From a virus (lineage: Duplodnaviria > Heunggongvirae > Uroviricota > Caudoviricetes): DNA of 64,000 nt. Position numbers and translations under genes: made by a program. The notes under the pieces were generated by a model. That model made no database searches. It had not been told where the DNA came from and saw nothing but the letters and a program-made list of their open reading frames with translations. This document shows positions 25,908 to 35,934 of the stretch, piece after piece. The stretch covers positions 1-64,000 of the IMG/VR virus record IMGVR_UViG_3300042564_004805; one strand, written 5' to 3'. Every line of letters begins with the position of its first letter. Position 1 is the stretch's first letter.

Positions 25908-26177
25908 TCAATCGTTCCTGATGAACATTTGTGTGAACTGCATTGAATAATCTTCGATATTCTCTCTGAGATGATCAATGCCTTTTGGTGTGTGAAGAGC
26001 CTCTGTTCGGAAGAGAGTGTTGACAACCACTGTAGGCAGTTGGTTTTCAATCATCTCTACGATCTTTTCCCGCTTGCTGGGCTCAAGATCTTTGCTGGCC
26101 ACATACAGCATTTCACTGACTCTGGTGACAATGCCCACAGCCAGTTCTTCAAGTTGGGTTGATATGTTGGTGCTCAT
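25908..26177 (-). CDS. hypothetical protein
   Basis: 89-aa ORF. Confidence 0.4.
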   Translation of the reverse strand: MSTNISTQLEELAVGIVTRVSEMLYVASKDLEPSKREKIVEMIENQLPTVVVNTLFRTEALHTPKGIDHLRENIEDYSMQFTQMFIRND

Positions 26178-26291
26178 AGCAGAGTTTGTACAATTATGTG
26201 TGTACGTGTCAAAATTGACACTAAATACAATTGCGGTCCGCGAGCCTCTAACCTCTCCGACCGCTCTAAACGCTATGAAGGAGCATTCAGC

Positions 26292-27227
26292 ATGAAATTA
26301 TTGCCTAGGGTATCTTTGCCTATCAACCATCCGTATTTAGACAACAAATACACTCAATGGTATTACAGTATAATTGAATCAGCAAGAATTCGTCAACTTG
26401 TTGGGTATACAGAACAACATCACATAGTCCCTGACTCTTTCTTTTTACATCGTAATCGGAAGGGTACAAGAGGATGGATTGAAGGAAATTCAAATGACCC
26501 TTCGAATTTAGTTCGCCTCACAGCAAGAGAACATTTGTTATGTCATCAACTATTGATTTATATAGTATCTACTGACTCAGCGAAAGCTAAAATGATTTAT
26601 GCACTGAATTATATGGTAGGTTATCGAACAAATTCACATTTTGTTACTGCATCTCTATATGAGAAGTGCAGAAAGATGGTATCACAAGTCAGGACAGGCA
26701 GAAAACATTCACCAGAAACCTGCAAGAAGATAGGAGAAAGTAGCAAAGGCAGAACTCCCTCAGAGGAGTCCAATAGAAAAAGATCAGAAGCTTTGAAAGG
26801 TAAAAAACAGCCACTAGAATTAGTGGCTAAACGCGCAGCTAAATTGAAGGGTCGTATTGTATCCGAGCAAACTAGAGCCTTATTATCCCAAATCAATATG
26901 GGCAAGGTCAGTAAACTCCGTGGCATTCCGCGCAGCGAAGAAGTAAAAGAAAAATCACGTCAAAAAAACAAGCAGAATTACACCAACGGAATGGTTAACC
27001 CGTTCAAAGGAAAGAAACACAGCGATTTGTCAAAACAGAAAATGAGCGAGATTAAAAAGGGTAAAACTCAATCTGAAGAAACAAAAAGGAAAATCAGCGA
27101 AAATAACAAAGGTCGCAAGCTTTCGGATGAGACAAAAAAGAAAATCAGTGAAAGCAGACAAGGTCTCAAACATTCTGACGAGTCAAAAAGAAAAATGTCT
27201 GCAAGTGCTAAAAATAGGCGGAAATAA
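26292..27227 (+). CDS. HNH homing endonuclease with NUMOD3 repeats
   Basis: HHIVPDS...N..NLVRLTAREH HNH motif followed by about eight SEETKKKIS-type NUMOD3 repeats; start set at MKLLPR after the AAGGAG site. Confidence 0.8.
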   Translation: MKLLPRVSLPINHPYLDNKYTQWYYSIIESARIRQLVGYTEQHHIVPDSFFLHRNRKGTRGWIEGNSNDPSNLVRLTAREHLLCHQLLIYIVSTDSAKAKMIYALNYMVGYRTNSHFVTASLYEKCRKMVSQVRTGRKHSPETCKKIGESSKGRTPSEESNRKRSEALKGKKQPLELVAKRAAKLKGRIVSEQTRALLSQINMGKVSKLRGIPRSEEVKEKSRQKNKQNYTNGMVNPFKGKKHSDLSKQKMSEIKKGKTQSEETKRKISENNKGRKLSDETKKKISESRQGLKHSDESKRKMSASAKNRRK

Positions 27228-27250
27228 CTTCCGCCTATTGAGGCAATTAT

Positions 27251-28513
27251 CTAGCCTGCATCTCCTGTTTCAGCCACCCCTTCTTCTTTTGTGAACCGCA
27301 CCCAGGTACCAAACGGCGGAACGATATTCTTGTTCCAAGGATTGTTGACAAGCCAAACAACGGGACAGAAATTGGGCTCGCCAAACTCACTTGATTCAAG
27401 ATCTGTGAAGATGATCAATACCTTGGGCTCAACATTCATTTCCTTGAGTGATCTAATAACCACAGAAATGTCGGTTCCGCCGCCACCCATGGGCTCATAC
27501 TCCAGCAGCTCTTCAATGTTTTCTGGAGTAAACTCCTGGCGATTATAGAGCCGGGTATCAAAGGTGCTGACTGCAAGCCGGAAATTATCATATTGTGAAG
27601 TTATCCCCAAAACTTCACTTAGAAAGTCGCGTGCCATGTCAGCAGAGATGCTGCCGCTTTGGTCAATGCTGACCTCCACATCCACAGTTTCCTCACGCTC
27701 CAGGCTGGCAAACACCACATCACCACCATGATGGCGACGATTGGGGCGCCGGTAGGTGTAGTCGCTTGTGAGTTGGCTTTGAATAGTCTCGCGAATGAAG
27801 TCACGCCAGTTGATCTTGGGCTCCACAAGATGGTCCACAAGACGTGCAATGCTGGCTGGAAGATTTCCAGCAGAGGCATTGGCAGCTTGCAGAACCTTGT
27901 CTTTGAGCTCAGCTCGAAGCTGTTTGAGGCTTTCCTCATCAATCTCAACAGGAATGCCTTGGTTGCTTTTTTGCCCATCTGAGTTTTGGGCATCTTTGCC
28001 CATCTCAATGTGCACGTCGAGAGTAAGCTGTTTCTTCACCTTGCGCTTTACAAGGTCGTCATAGACTTTTTCTGACGTCCAGCCCAGATACTTGCTGTCG
28101 TAGAGGCCAACACGCTGGGTGGATTTGCCATCAGCGTCTTTAACTTCTACCTTTTTTTCTGGCATTTTGCCAATCTTGTCTTGCACAAGTAGGCCGTTTA
28201 TAACGTAATCATTGGCCATGTTAAACCACTGCGGATCACGATGGCTGCGTCGACCAAAGTGATCAAAGATACAATGGTAGCACTCGTGCGCAAAAACAAA
28301 CAGCACTTCATCAACTGATAGGTCGTTGATGAAATTTCGGTTGTAGTAGATATATCGACCATCAACCGCAGCAGTCGGGCACCATCCAGCATCAGTTGCG
28401 TCCTTAACCGGAAGGTTCATGACCAATGTTCCGAAAAAAGGATGGGTGAACATCAACTTCAATCGAGCCTTGCGGATCTTGGTCATAGCTGAATCGTCAT
28501 TGGCGATAGACAT
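27251..28513 (-). CDS. VWA-domain protein with N-terminal HExxH putative metallopeptidase domain (DUF2201-like, MoxR partner type)
   Basis: HECYHCIFDH HExxH motif and a C-terminal VWA-like region; AAGGAGG Shine-Dalgarno site. Confidence 0.65.
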   Translation of the reverse strand: MSIANDDSAMTKIRKARLKLMFTHPFFGTLVMNLPVKDATDAGWCPTAAVDGRYIYYNRNFINDLSVDEVLFVFAHECYHCIFDHFGRRSHRDPQWFNMANDYVINGLLVQDKIGKMPEKKVEVKDADGKSTQRVGLYDSKYLGWTSEKVYDDLVKRKVKKQLTLDVHIEMGKDAQNSDGQKSNQGIPVEIDEESLKQLRAELKDKVLQAANASAGNLPASIARLVDHLVEPKINWRDFIRETIQSQLTSDYTYRRPNRRHHGGDVVFASLEREETVDVEVSIDQSGSISADMARDFLSEVLGITSQYDNFRLAVSTFDTRLYNRQEFTPENIEELLEYEPMGGGGTDISVVIRSLKEMNVEPKVLIIFTDLESSEFGEPNFCPVVWLVNNPWNKNIVPPFGTWVRFTKEEGVAETGDAG

Positions 28514-28588
28514 AATAAGTGGCCTCCTTGCGTAGTGGCATATTCAGCATAATATACAACCAAAAACTCTTAAGTCACGTGGAAATTT

Positions 28589-28622
28589 GGGAAAAAATTT
28601 TTCCCGACGGTGTCAGGACACC
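28589..28622. promoter_or_regulatory. paired palindromes in the divergent control region (GGGAAAAAATTTTTCCC and GGTGTC-AG-GACACC)
   Basis: two adjacent inverted repeats in the 273-bp gap between the divergently oriented VWA gene and the fibre gene. Confidence 0.4.
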
Positions 28623-28786
28623 TTAAAAAGGTAGAGGCAAAACGGTAATCAACTACCTAGCTCCAAGACCATTCCGTAAATAGGGGTAGCCGAGTTTGAT
28701 CCAGCAGGGGAGAGCGAAGATGGTTCAGCCATTTTTGTTGTAGTGCAGGAAAGAACTCTGAAAACGAAAACAAGGTGTAATCCACT

Positions 28787-31700
28787 ATGGCGATAAAAAT
28801 TTGTGGGAATATAGTGATTCCCAATAGTACAGGATGCAATACGACTGCACTTAACACAGCCGTGGGTATCAATGCACTTTGTAATCTCAACACAGGTGTT
28901 AGCAATACAGCTTTTGGTGGTGGGGCTCTTCTGGCTGTCTCAACCGGCTCTCTGAACATGGGTCTAGGTGTCTATGCTGGTGGTAGCATCACAACAGGCT
29001 GTGCCAACACAGTGATTGGGCAGTTGGCTGGTACCCCAGGCCTCGTTGACACTGTGCTGATTGGTGCTGGCACAACTGAGAGATTGCGTGTTGACGCCAA
29101 TTGTCTAGTTGTCAACAATGGCACTGGTGATGTGTGTGCCCGCTGCTTCTTTGGTTGTGGTGCTGGTTTAACTGGCATTTCTGGCGGGGCAGTTTCAGCA
29201 GCAACTCCAATTCAATTGGGAACTGTGTATGGCCTCACAAGCAACAACTCCAACACTGCAATAGGATACTGTGCAGGCAGCACAACCAGCACAGGCACAG
29301 AAAATATTGCTATTGGTTGTTTGGCGCTCAGCAATAACACAACTGGCGTTCAAAACACTGCCGTGGGGGTAGACGCGCTCAAATCCAATACGATTGGGCA
29401 AGAAAATACTGCCCTTGGCAGCGACGCGTTGTTCTCAAACACAACTGGCAATTGGAACGTGGCTGTAGGGCGGTGTGCACTATATGCCAACACTGTGGGC
29501 CAAATGAATGTGGCTGTTGGGCGGAACAGTCTGTGCACTAATACCACTGGCAGCTTCAATGCCGCATTTGGTGAAGCCACCCTGTTGTGCAACACAACAG
29601 GCAGCTACAATACTGCACTGGGCACAAGCGCCTTGCGTTGCAATACCCAAGGCAACTTGAACATTGCTGTTGGCAACAACAGTTTGTTTAACAACACCAG
29701 TGGCAGTCGGAACATTGCTGTTGGTGACTGTGCCCTGTTCAATAGTGTGAGTGGATCAGACAACGTAGCTGTTGGCAGCAGTGCCCTGGGAGGACTCACT
29801 AACGGCTTATGGAACATCGCTGTGGGCTCAAATGCTTTGCGCTGCAACACCACAGGCTGCAACAATATTGCTTTGGGATTCTCCAGCATGTGCAGCAGCT
29901 CAGTTGGTTCAGACAATGCTGCATTTGGATCGTTTGCCCTCTCTGCCAACACAACAGGAACCTTGAATACAGCTATCGGCCACTACGCATCATGTGCCAA
30001 CACCATTGGAGCATGCAATATTGCTCTTGGCGCATGCTCACTAGCTGCAAACACATCGGGTGGTAGCAACGTTGCTGTTGGGCCATTTGCTTTGGCCAGC
30101 AATACAGTAGGAGTTCGTAACATTGCAATGGGCAGATGTGCTTTGGCCGCTAATACTGGCAACTGCAACATTGGCATTGGTGTTCTTTCGCTACTCAACA
30201 CAACTACTGGTGCATGTAATATAGCAATTGGCAACAGCAGTGGGGGTAATATCACAACCGGAACCAGCAATACTATTATAGGTAATTTATCAGGTTGTGC
30301 TGGCCTCACCGCCACTGTATTGATTGGCGCAGGGGCTACTGAACGTATCCGTGTTGACGCCAATTGTCTAGTTGTAAACAATGGCACTGGTGATGTGTGT
30401 GCTCGCTGCTTCTTTGGCTGTGGTGCTGGTTTAACTGGCATTAGCGGCGGAAGTGTGTCTGCTGCTACTCCCACAAGTTTGGGGACAGTTTATGCCAACA
30501 CTCCTGTTGGGTCGAATGTGCAGTTGGGATATAATGCTGGCAATACTACTGCTACTGGAGCAGATAACATTGCAGTTGGTTGTCTAGCTTTGGTCAACAA
30601 CGGTTTTGGATGTCAAAACTTGGCATTTGGCAGCAGCAGCATGTGTGCAAGCACAACTGGGCGCAGTAATATCGCAATAGGCATTGACACCATGATGTTA
30701 GGAGGCGGGCCGTGTGGTAACATTGGTGTTGGTAACGGGGCTCTTTGTTGCGTAAGTGGCACACAGGGAACAGCCAATGTGGCTCTGGGACATTTTGCCT
30801 TGAGAAGGACTACAACTGGTGGCTACAACACTGCGGTTGGTGAGCAAGTACTTCAAAACAATACAATAGGATGCCAAAACATAGGTTTTGGTGCCTTTGC
30901 ATTGGGGGCTAATACCTCAGGCTTTAACAACATTGGAATTGGGGCTTATGCTGTAGACGCCAATACCACAGGAGTGGAAAATGTTGGTATAGGCACTTGC
31001 AGCCTTACAGCTAACACAATAGGTTTGTGCAATACTGCGGTTGGCGGGAATAGTCTTAAGTCAAATACTATAGGCTGTTTCAATACAGCACTTGGATTCA
31101 TGGCCCTGAACTGCAACACAACTGGTAACAGCAACATTGGTATAGGCGTTTGTGCAGGTTTTTCAATAACAACTGGGTGCAGTAATACAGTAATTGGTAA
31201 CTTGGCTGGCACAGCTGATTGTGTGAACACAGTGTTGATAGGCGCTGGAACAAACGAAAGACTAAGAGTTGACGCAAACTGTTTGGTTGTCAACAACGGC
31301 ACAGGGGACGTGTGTGCAAGATGTTATTTTGGTTGCGGCGCTGCTTTAACAGGTGTTGCGGCTACTACTGCCAATTTGGACATCTATGCCAGCTATAAGG
31401 TTGGTAACGGCCTTACAGTCAGTACAGGAACAAACAACTTTGCTTTTGGCCAAGGTGCGCTTTGTTGTAACCGAAATGGTTGTAGCAATACAGCTATCGG
31501 TGCGAGTGCTCTACGATGCAATACAACTGGTAGCAATAACATTGCAGTTGGTTGTTTGGCACTCCAATTTAATACAAGTGGTAACAATAACATAGGCATG
31601 GGCTTTGATGCCCTTGGCACTAATTTTAATGGCAGTGACAACATTGCATTGGGGGCATGTGCTCTAAGGAACAATATTACCAATTCAAACATAGCAATTG

Positions 31701-34700
31701 GCGGCGCTGCCCTACAGCAGAATACCAGTGGCACATTTAACATAGCACTGGGTATTGGTGCGCTGACTGCAAACACCGCTGGAATATGTAACATAGCAAT
31801 TGGCCAACTCGCTGGAAGTCTGATCACAACTGGGTTCAACAACACAATAATTGGCAATTTGTCACCAGCAGCCGGCAGTGTATGTTGTGTGCTGATTGCT
31901 GCTGGCAGTTGTCAGCGACTGGCTATAGATGTGAATGGATTTGCTATAAACGGCAGCGGTGTGGGCTGTTGCGGATATGCGTGTTTGGACTGCACTAGCA
32001 GTTATAAAATAGGCACATTCAATACCAGCAGCACTGGGACATTTAACATGGCATTTGGCCAAGGTGCGCTTTGTTGTAACCGAAATGGTTGTAGCAATAC
32101 AGCTATCGGTGCGTCTGCTCTACGATGCAATACTAGCGGGTGTCACAATATTGCAGTTGGTTGTTTAGCACTCCAACTTAACCTAACTGGTAACAATAAC
32201 ATAGGCATGGGCTTTGATGCCCTTGGCACCCTTGGCACTACCTCTGGTGGCAGTGACAACATTGCATTGGGGGCATGTGCTCTAAGGAACAATCAGACCA
32301 ATTCAAACATAGCAATTGGCGGCGCTGCCCTACAGCAGAATTGCAGTGGCACATTTAACATAGCACTGGGTATTGGTGCGCTAGGTGCAAACACCGTTGG
32401 AACATGTAACATAGCAATTGGCCAACTCGCTGGAAGTCTGATCACAACTGGGTGCAACAACACAATAATTGGCAATTTGTCTGGCACTACGGGTTTGAAT
32501 AACACTGTATTGATTGGTGCTGGCAGTTGTGAACGACTGAAAGTAGACTCAAGTGGGCTTTATGTTAATGGGGCATCTATTGGTAGCTGTGGATATGCGT
32601 GTTTGGACGTCTATAGCAGTTATAAAATAGGCACATTTATGTCCAGCAGCACTGGGTTATATAACATGGCATTTGGCCTAGCTGCGCTTTGTCTTAATCT
32701 AAATGGTAGTAATAATACAGCTATCGGTGCGTCTGCTCTACGATGCAATACAACTGGTAGCAATAACATTGCAGTTGGTTGTCTGGCACTCCAATTTAAT
32801 ACAAGTGGTAACAATAACATAGGCATGGGCTTTGATGCCCTTGGCACCCTTGGCACTACCTCTGGTGGCAGTGACAACATTGCATTGGGGGCATGTGCTC
32901 TAAGGAACAATCAGACCAATTCAAACATAGCAATTGGCGGCGCTGCCCTACAGCAGAATTGCAGTGGCACATTTAACATAGCACTGGGTATTGGTGCGCT
33001 AGGTGCAAACACCGTTGGAACATGTAACATAGCAATTGGCCAACTCGCTGGAAGTCTGATCACAACTGGGTGCAACAACACAATAATTGGCAATTTGTCT
33101 GGCACTACGGGTTTGAATAACACTGTATTGATTGGTGCTGGCAGTTGTGAACGACTGAAAGTAGACTCAAGTGGGCTTTATGTTAATGGGGCATCTATTG
33201 GTAGCTGTGGATATGCGTCTTTGGACTGCACTAGCAGTTATAAAATAGGCACATTTATGTCCAGCAGCACTGGGTTATATAACATGGCATTTGGCCTAGG
33301 TGCGCTTTGTTGCAACCGTAATGGTAGTAGCAATACAGCTATCGGTGCGTCTGCTCTACGATGCAATACTGCTGGTAGCAATAACATTGCAGTTGGTTGT
33401 TTGGCACTCCAATTAAACCTAACTGGTAACAATAACATAGGCATGGGCTTTGATGCCCTTGGCATTAACCCTGGTGGCTGTGACAACATTGCATTGGGGG
33501 CATGTGCTCTAAGGAACAATCTTACCAATTCAAACATAGCAATTGGCGGCGCTGCCCTACAGCAGAATACCAATGGCACATTTAACATAGCACTGGGTAT
33601 TGGTGCGCTGACTGCCAACACCACTGGAACATGTAACATAGCAATTGGCCAAAACGCTGGCTCCCTAATAACCACTGGGTTCAACAACACGGTAATTGGC
33701 AATTTGTCTGGCACCGGGGGTTTGGTTTGCACTGTATTGATTGGTGCTGGCGCATGTGAACGACTGCGAGTAGACGGAACTGGGCTTTATGTTAATGGAG
33801 CATCTATTGGTAGCTGTGGATATGCATGTTTGGACTGCACTTCCAGTTATAAAATAGGCACATTTATGTCCAGCAGTGCTGGGACATTTAACATGGCATT
33901 TGGCCAAGGGGCGCTTTGTTGTAATTTAACTGGTTGTAGCAATACAGCTATCGGTGCGTCTGCTCTACGATGCAACCAGAACGGGTCTCATAATATTGCA
34001 ATTGGTTGTTTGGCACTTCAATTCAACACACTAGGTTGCAATAACATAGGCATGGGAGTTAATGCCCTAGGCACTAACTTGAATGGAAGTGACAACATAG
34101 CATTGGGGGCATTGGCCCTTTGCTCAAACACCACCGGTTGCAACATAGCAATTGGTTACTTTGCCCTATCGCAGAATACTACTGGGACTGGTAACATAGC
34201 ACTGGGTATTGGTGCGCTGACTGCCAACACCACTGGAACATGTAACATAGCAATTGGCCAAAACGCTGGAAGTCTGATCACAACTGGGTTCAACAACACG
34301 GTAATTGGCAATGTAACACCAGCAGCAGGCAGTGTATCTTGTGTGCTGATTGCTGCTGGCAGTTGTCTGCGACTGGCTATAGATGGGAATGGATTTGCTA
34401 TAAACGGCAACCCTGTGGGCTGTTGTGGATATGCGTGTTTGGACTGCACTAGCAGTTATAAAATAGGCACATCCAATACCAGCAGCACTGGGCTATTTAA
34501 CATGGCATTTGGCCTAGCTGCGCTTTGTTGCAACCGTAATGGTTGTAGCAATACAGCTATCGGTGCGTCTGCTCTACGATGCAATACTAGCGGGTGTCAC
34601 AACATTGCAGTTGGTTGTTTAGCACTCCAATTTAATACAAGTGGTAACAATAACATAGGCATGGGCTTTGATGCCCTTGGAATTAACCCTGGTGGCTGTG

Positions 34701-35923
34701 ACAACATTGCATTGGGGGCATGTGCTCTAAGGAACAATACCACCAATTCAAACATAGCAATTGGCGGCGCTGCCCTACAGCAGAATACTACTGGGACTGG
34801 TAACATAGCACTGGGTATTGGTGCGCTGACTGCCAACACCACTGGAACATGTAACATAGCAATTGGCCAAAACGCTGGAAGTCTGATCACAACTGGGTTC
34901 AACAACACGGTAATTGGCAATGTAACACCAGCAGCAGGCAGTGTATCTTGTGTGCTGATTGCTGCTGGCAGTTGTCTGCGACTGGCTATAGATGGGAATG
35001 GATTTGCTATAAACGGCAACCCTGTGGGCTGTTGTGGATATGCGTGTTTGGACTGCACTAGCAGTTATAAAATAGGCACATCCAATACCAGCAGCACTGG
35101 GCTATTTAACATGGCATTTGGCCTAGCTGCGCTTTGTTGCAACCAAAATGGTAGTAATAATACAGCTATCGGTGCTTGTGCTCTACGATGCAATACAACT
35201 GGTAGCAATAACATTGCAGTTGGTTGTTGGGCACTCCAATTTAATACAAGTGGTATCAATAATATAGGCCTGGGCTTTGATGCCCTTGGCACTAACTTTT
35301 GTGGCAGTGACAACATTGCATTGGGGGCATGTGCTCTAAGGAACAATACCACCAATTCAAACATAGCAATTGGCGGCGCTGCCCTACAGCAGAATACCAA
35401 TGGCACAAACAACACTGCAATAGGACGATCAGCAGGTACGAGCAACACAAATGGCAGTAACAACGTGTTTTTGGGATGCGGTGCAAGTGGAGCAACAGCA
35501 ACCAGCAACAACACAATAACTTTTGGTGATTCCAGCATTACTACACTGCGAGCTCAGGTAACTACTATTACTGCTTTGTCTGATGCTAGAGACAAAACTG
35601 ACATCGAAGATATTCCTTTGGGATTGCAGCTGATACGTGATCTACGTCCAGTAAAATTCACATGGAATACTAGAGATGGCAGCCGAGTAGGGGTCAAGAG
35701 CGCTGGATTTATTGCTCAAGAAGTACTGGAAGTCAGCAATCGATATAATCTACAAGACTGGCTGCATTTGGTGCTTGAGGACAACCCAGAGAAGCTTGAA
35801 GCCACAGTAGCTAACGTGTTCCCTGTGTTGATTCGAGCTGTGCAAGAGTTGGCTGAAAGCAACGATCAGCTCAATCAGCGTGTGACAGCTCTTGAACTTG
35901 CACTCACTGCCAAAGGTGTGTAG
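28787..35923 (+). CDS. giant tail fibre/adhesin (2378 aa): Hep_Hag-like N/G-rich beta-roll repeats plus C-terminal peptidase S74 intramolecular chaperone domain
   Basis: pervasive NTAIG..AL..NTTG..N.A.G repeats; C-terminus SDARDKTDIEDIPLGLQLIRDLRPVKFTWN...GFIAQEV matches the S74 Ser-Lys dyad autoproteolytic chaperone. Confidence 0.9.
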   Translation: MAIKICGNIVIPNSTGCNTTALNTAVGINALCNLNTGVSNTAFGGGALLAVSTGSLNMGLGVYAGGSITTGCANTVIGQLAGTPGLVDTVLIGAGTTERLRVDANCLVVNNGTGDVCARCFFGCGAGLTGISGGAVSAATPIQLGTVYGLTSNNSNTAIGYCAGSTTSTGTENIAIGCLALSNNTTGVQNTAVGVDALKSNTIGQENTALGSDALFSNTTGNWNVAVGRCALYANTVGQMNVAVGRNSLCTNTTGSFNAAFGEATLLCNTTGSYNTALGTSALRCNTQGNLNIAVGNNSLFNNTSGSRNIAVGDCALFNSVSGSDNVAVGSSALGGLTNGLWNIAVGSNALRCNTTGCNNIALGFSSMCSSSVGSDNAAFGSFALSANTTGTLNTAIGHYASCANTIGACNIALGACSLAANTSGGSNVAVGPFALASNTVGVRNIAMGRCALAANTGNCNIGIGVLSLLNTTTGACNIAIGNSSGGNITTGTSNTIIGNLSGCAGLTATVLIGAGATERIRVDANCLVVNNGTGDVCARCFFGCGAGLTGISGGSVSAATPTSLGTVYANTPVGSNVQLGYNAGNTTATGADNIAVGCLALVNNGFGCQNLAFGSSSMCASTTGRSNIAIGIDTMMLGGGPCGNIGVGNGALCCVSGTQGTANVALGHFALRRTTTGGYNTAVGEQVLQNNTIGCQNIGFGAFALGANTSGFNNIGIGAYAVDANTTGVENVGIGTCSLTANTIGLCNTAVGGNSLKSNTIGCFNTALGFMALNCNTTGNSNIGIGVCAGFSITTGCSNTVIGNLAGTADCVNTVLIGAGTNERLRVDANCLVVNNGTGDVCARCYFGCGAALTGVAATTANLDIYASYKVGNGLTVSTGTNNFAFGQGALCCNRNGCSNTAIGASALRCNTTGSNNIAVGCLALQFNTSGNNNIGMGFDALGTNFNGSDNIALGACALRNNITNSNIAIGGAALQQNTSGTFNIALGIGALTANTAGICNIAIGQLAGSLITTGFNNTIIGNLSPAAGSVCCVLIAAGSCQRLAIDVNGFAINGSGVGCCGYACLDCTSSYKIGTFNTSSTGTFNMAFGQGALCCNRNGCSNTAIGASALRCNTSGCHNIAVGCLALQLNLTGNNNIGMGFDALGTLGTTSGGSDNIALGACALRNNQTNSNIAIGGAALQQNCSGTFNIALGIGALGANTVGTCNIAIGQLAGSLITTGCNNTIIGNLSGTTGLNNTVLIGAGSCERLKVDSSGLYVNGASIGSCGYACLDVYSSYKIGTFMSSSTGLYNMAFGLAALCLNLNGSNNTAIGASALRCNTTGSNNIAVGCLALQFNTSGNNNIGMGFDALGTLGTTSGGSDNIALGACALRNNQTNSNIAIGGAALQQNCSGTFNIALGIGALGANTVGTCNIAIGQLAGSLITTGCNNTIIGNLSGTTGLNNTVLIGAGSCERLKVDSSGLYVNGASIGSCGYASLDCTSSYKIGTFMSSSTGLYNMAFGLGALCCNRNGSSNTAIGASALRCNTAGSNNIAVGCLALQLNLTGNNNIGMGFDALGINPGGCDNIALGACALRNNLTNSNIAIGGAALQQNTNGTFNIALGIGALTANTTGTCNIAIGQNAGSLITTGFNNTVIGNLSGTGGLVCTVLIGAGACERLRVDGTGLYVNGASIGSCGYACLDCTSSYKIGTFMSSSAGTFNMAFGQGALCCNLTGCSNTAIGASALRCNQNGSHNIAIGCLALQFNTLGCNNIGMGVNALGTNLNGSDNIALGALALCSNTTGCNIAIGYFALSQNTTGTGNIALGIGALTANTTGTCNIAIGQNAGSLITTGFNNTVIGNVTPAAGSVSCVLIAAGSCLRLAIDGNGFAINGNPVGCCGYACLDCTSSYKIGTSNTSSTGLFNMAFGLAALCCNRNGCSNTAIGASALRCNTSGCHNIAVGCLALQFNTSGNNNIGMGFDALGINPGGCDNIALGACALRNNTTNSNIAIGGAALQQNTTGTGNIALGIGALTANTTGTCNIAIGQNAGSLITTGFNNTVIGNVTPAAGSVSCVLIAAGSCLRLAIDGNGFAINGNPVGCCGYACLDCTSSYKIGTSNTSSTGLFNMAFGLAALCCNQNGSNNTAIGACALRCNTTGSNNIAVGCWALQFNTSGINNIGLGFDALGTNFCGSDNIALGACALRNNTTNSNIAIGGAALQQNTNGTNNTAIGRSAGTSNTNGSNNVFLGCGASGATATSNNTITFGDSSITTLRAQVTTITALSDARDKTDIEDIPLGLQLIRDLRPVKFTWNTRDGSRVGVKSAGFIAQEVLEVSNRYNLQDWLHLVLEDNPEKLEATVANVFPVLIRAVQELAESNDQLNQRVTALELALTAKGV
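31385..35530 (+). repeat. about seven in-frame tandem ~604-618-bp (~206-aa) near-identical modules inside the fibre gene
   Basis: module landmark ...CGYACLDCTSSYKIGT recurs at ~31992, 32610, 33228, 33846, 34450 and 35058; identical 70-aa antisense ORFs at 32293 and 32911 confirm the 618-bp period. Confidence 0.85.
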
Positions 35924-35934
35924 ACTTTAGGCTT

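Noticed and set aside
25585-25911. 108-aa minus-strand ORF overlapping the exonuclease start by 71 nt
   Set aside because: The exonuclease needs its first Met to keep the DIE Exo I motif, so the large overlap makes this ORF doubtful. Left unannotated.
31385-35530. Regularly spaced repeats: could they be a CRISPR array?
   Set aside because: The period is ~618 bp, the repeats are in-frame coding modules of a single ORF, and there are no short direct repeats with unique spacers. Not CRISPR.
28972-35538. Many minus-strand ORFs inside the fibre gene (e.g. 29605..29952, 29983..30474, 31393..31857, 33238..33732, 34597..35058, 35065..35538), several near-identical to each other
   Set aside because: They are antisense to a 7-kb repeat-dense ORF with strong coding features. 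Their similarity just mirrors the tandem repeats, so they are treated as spurious.
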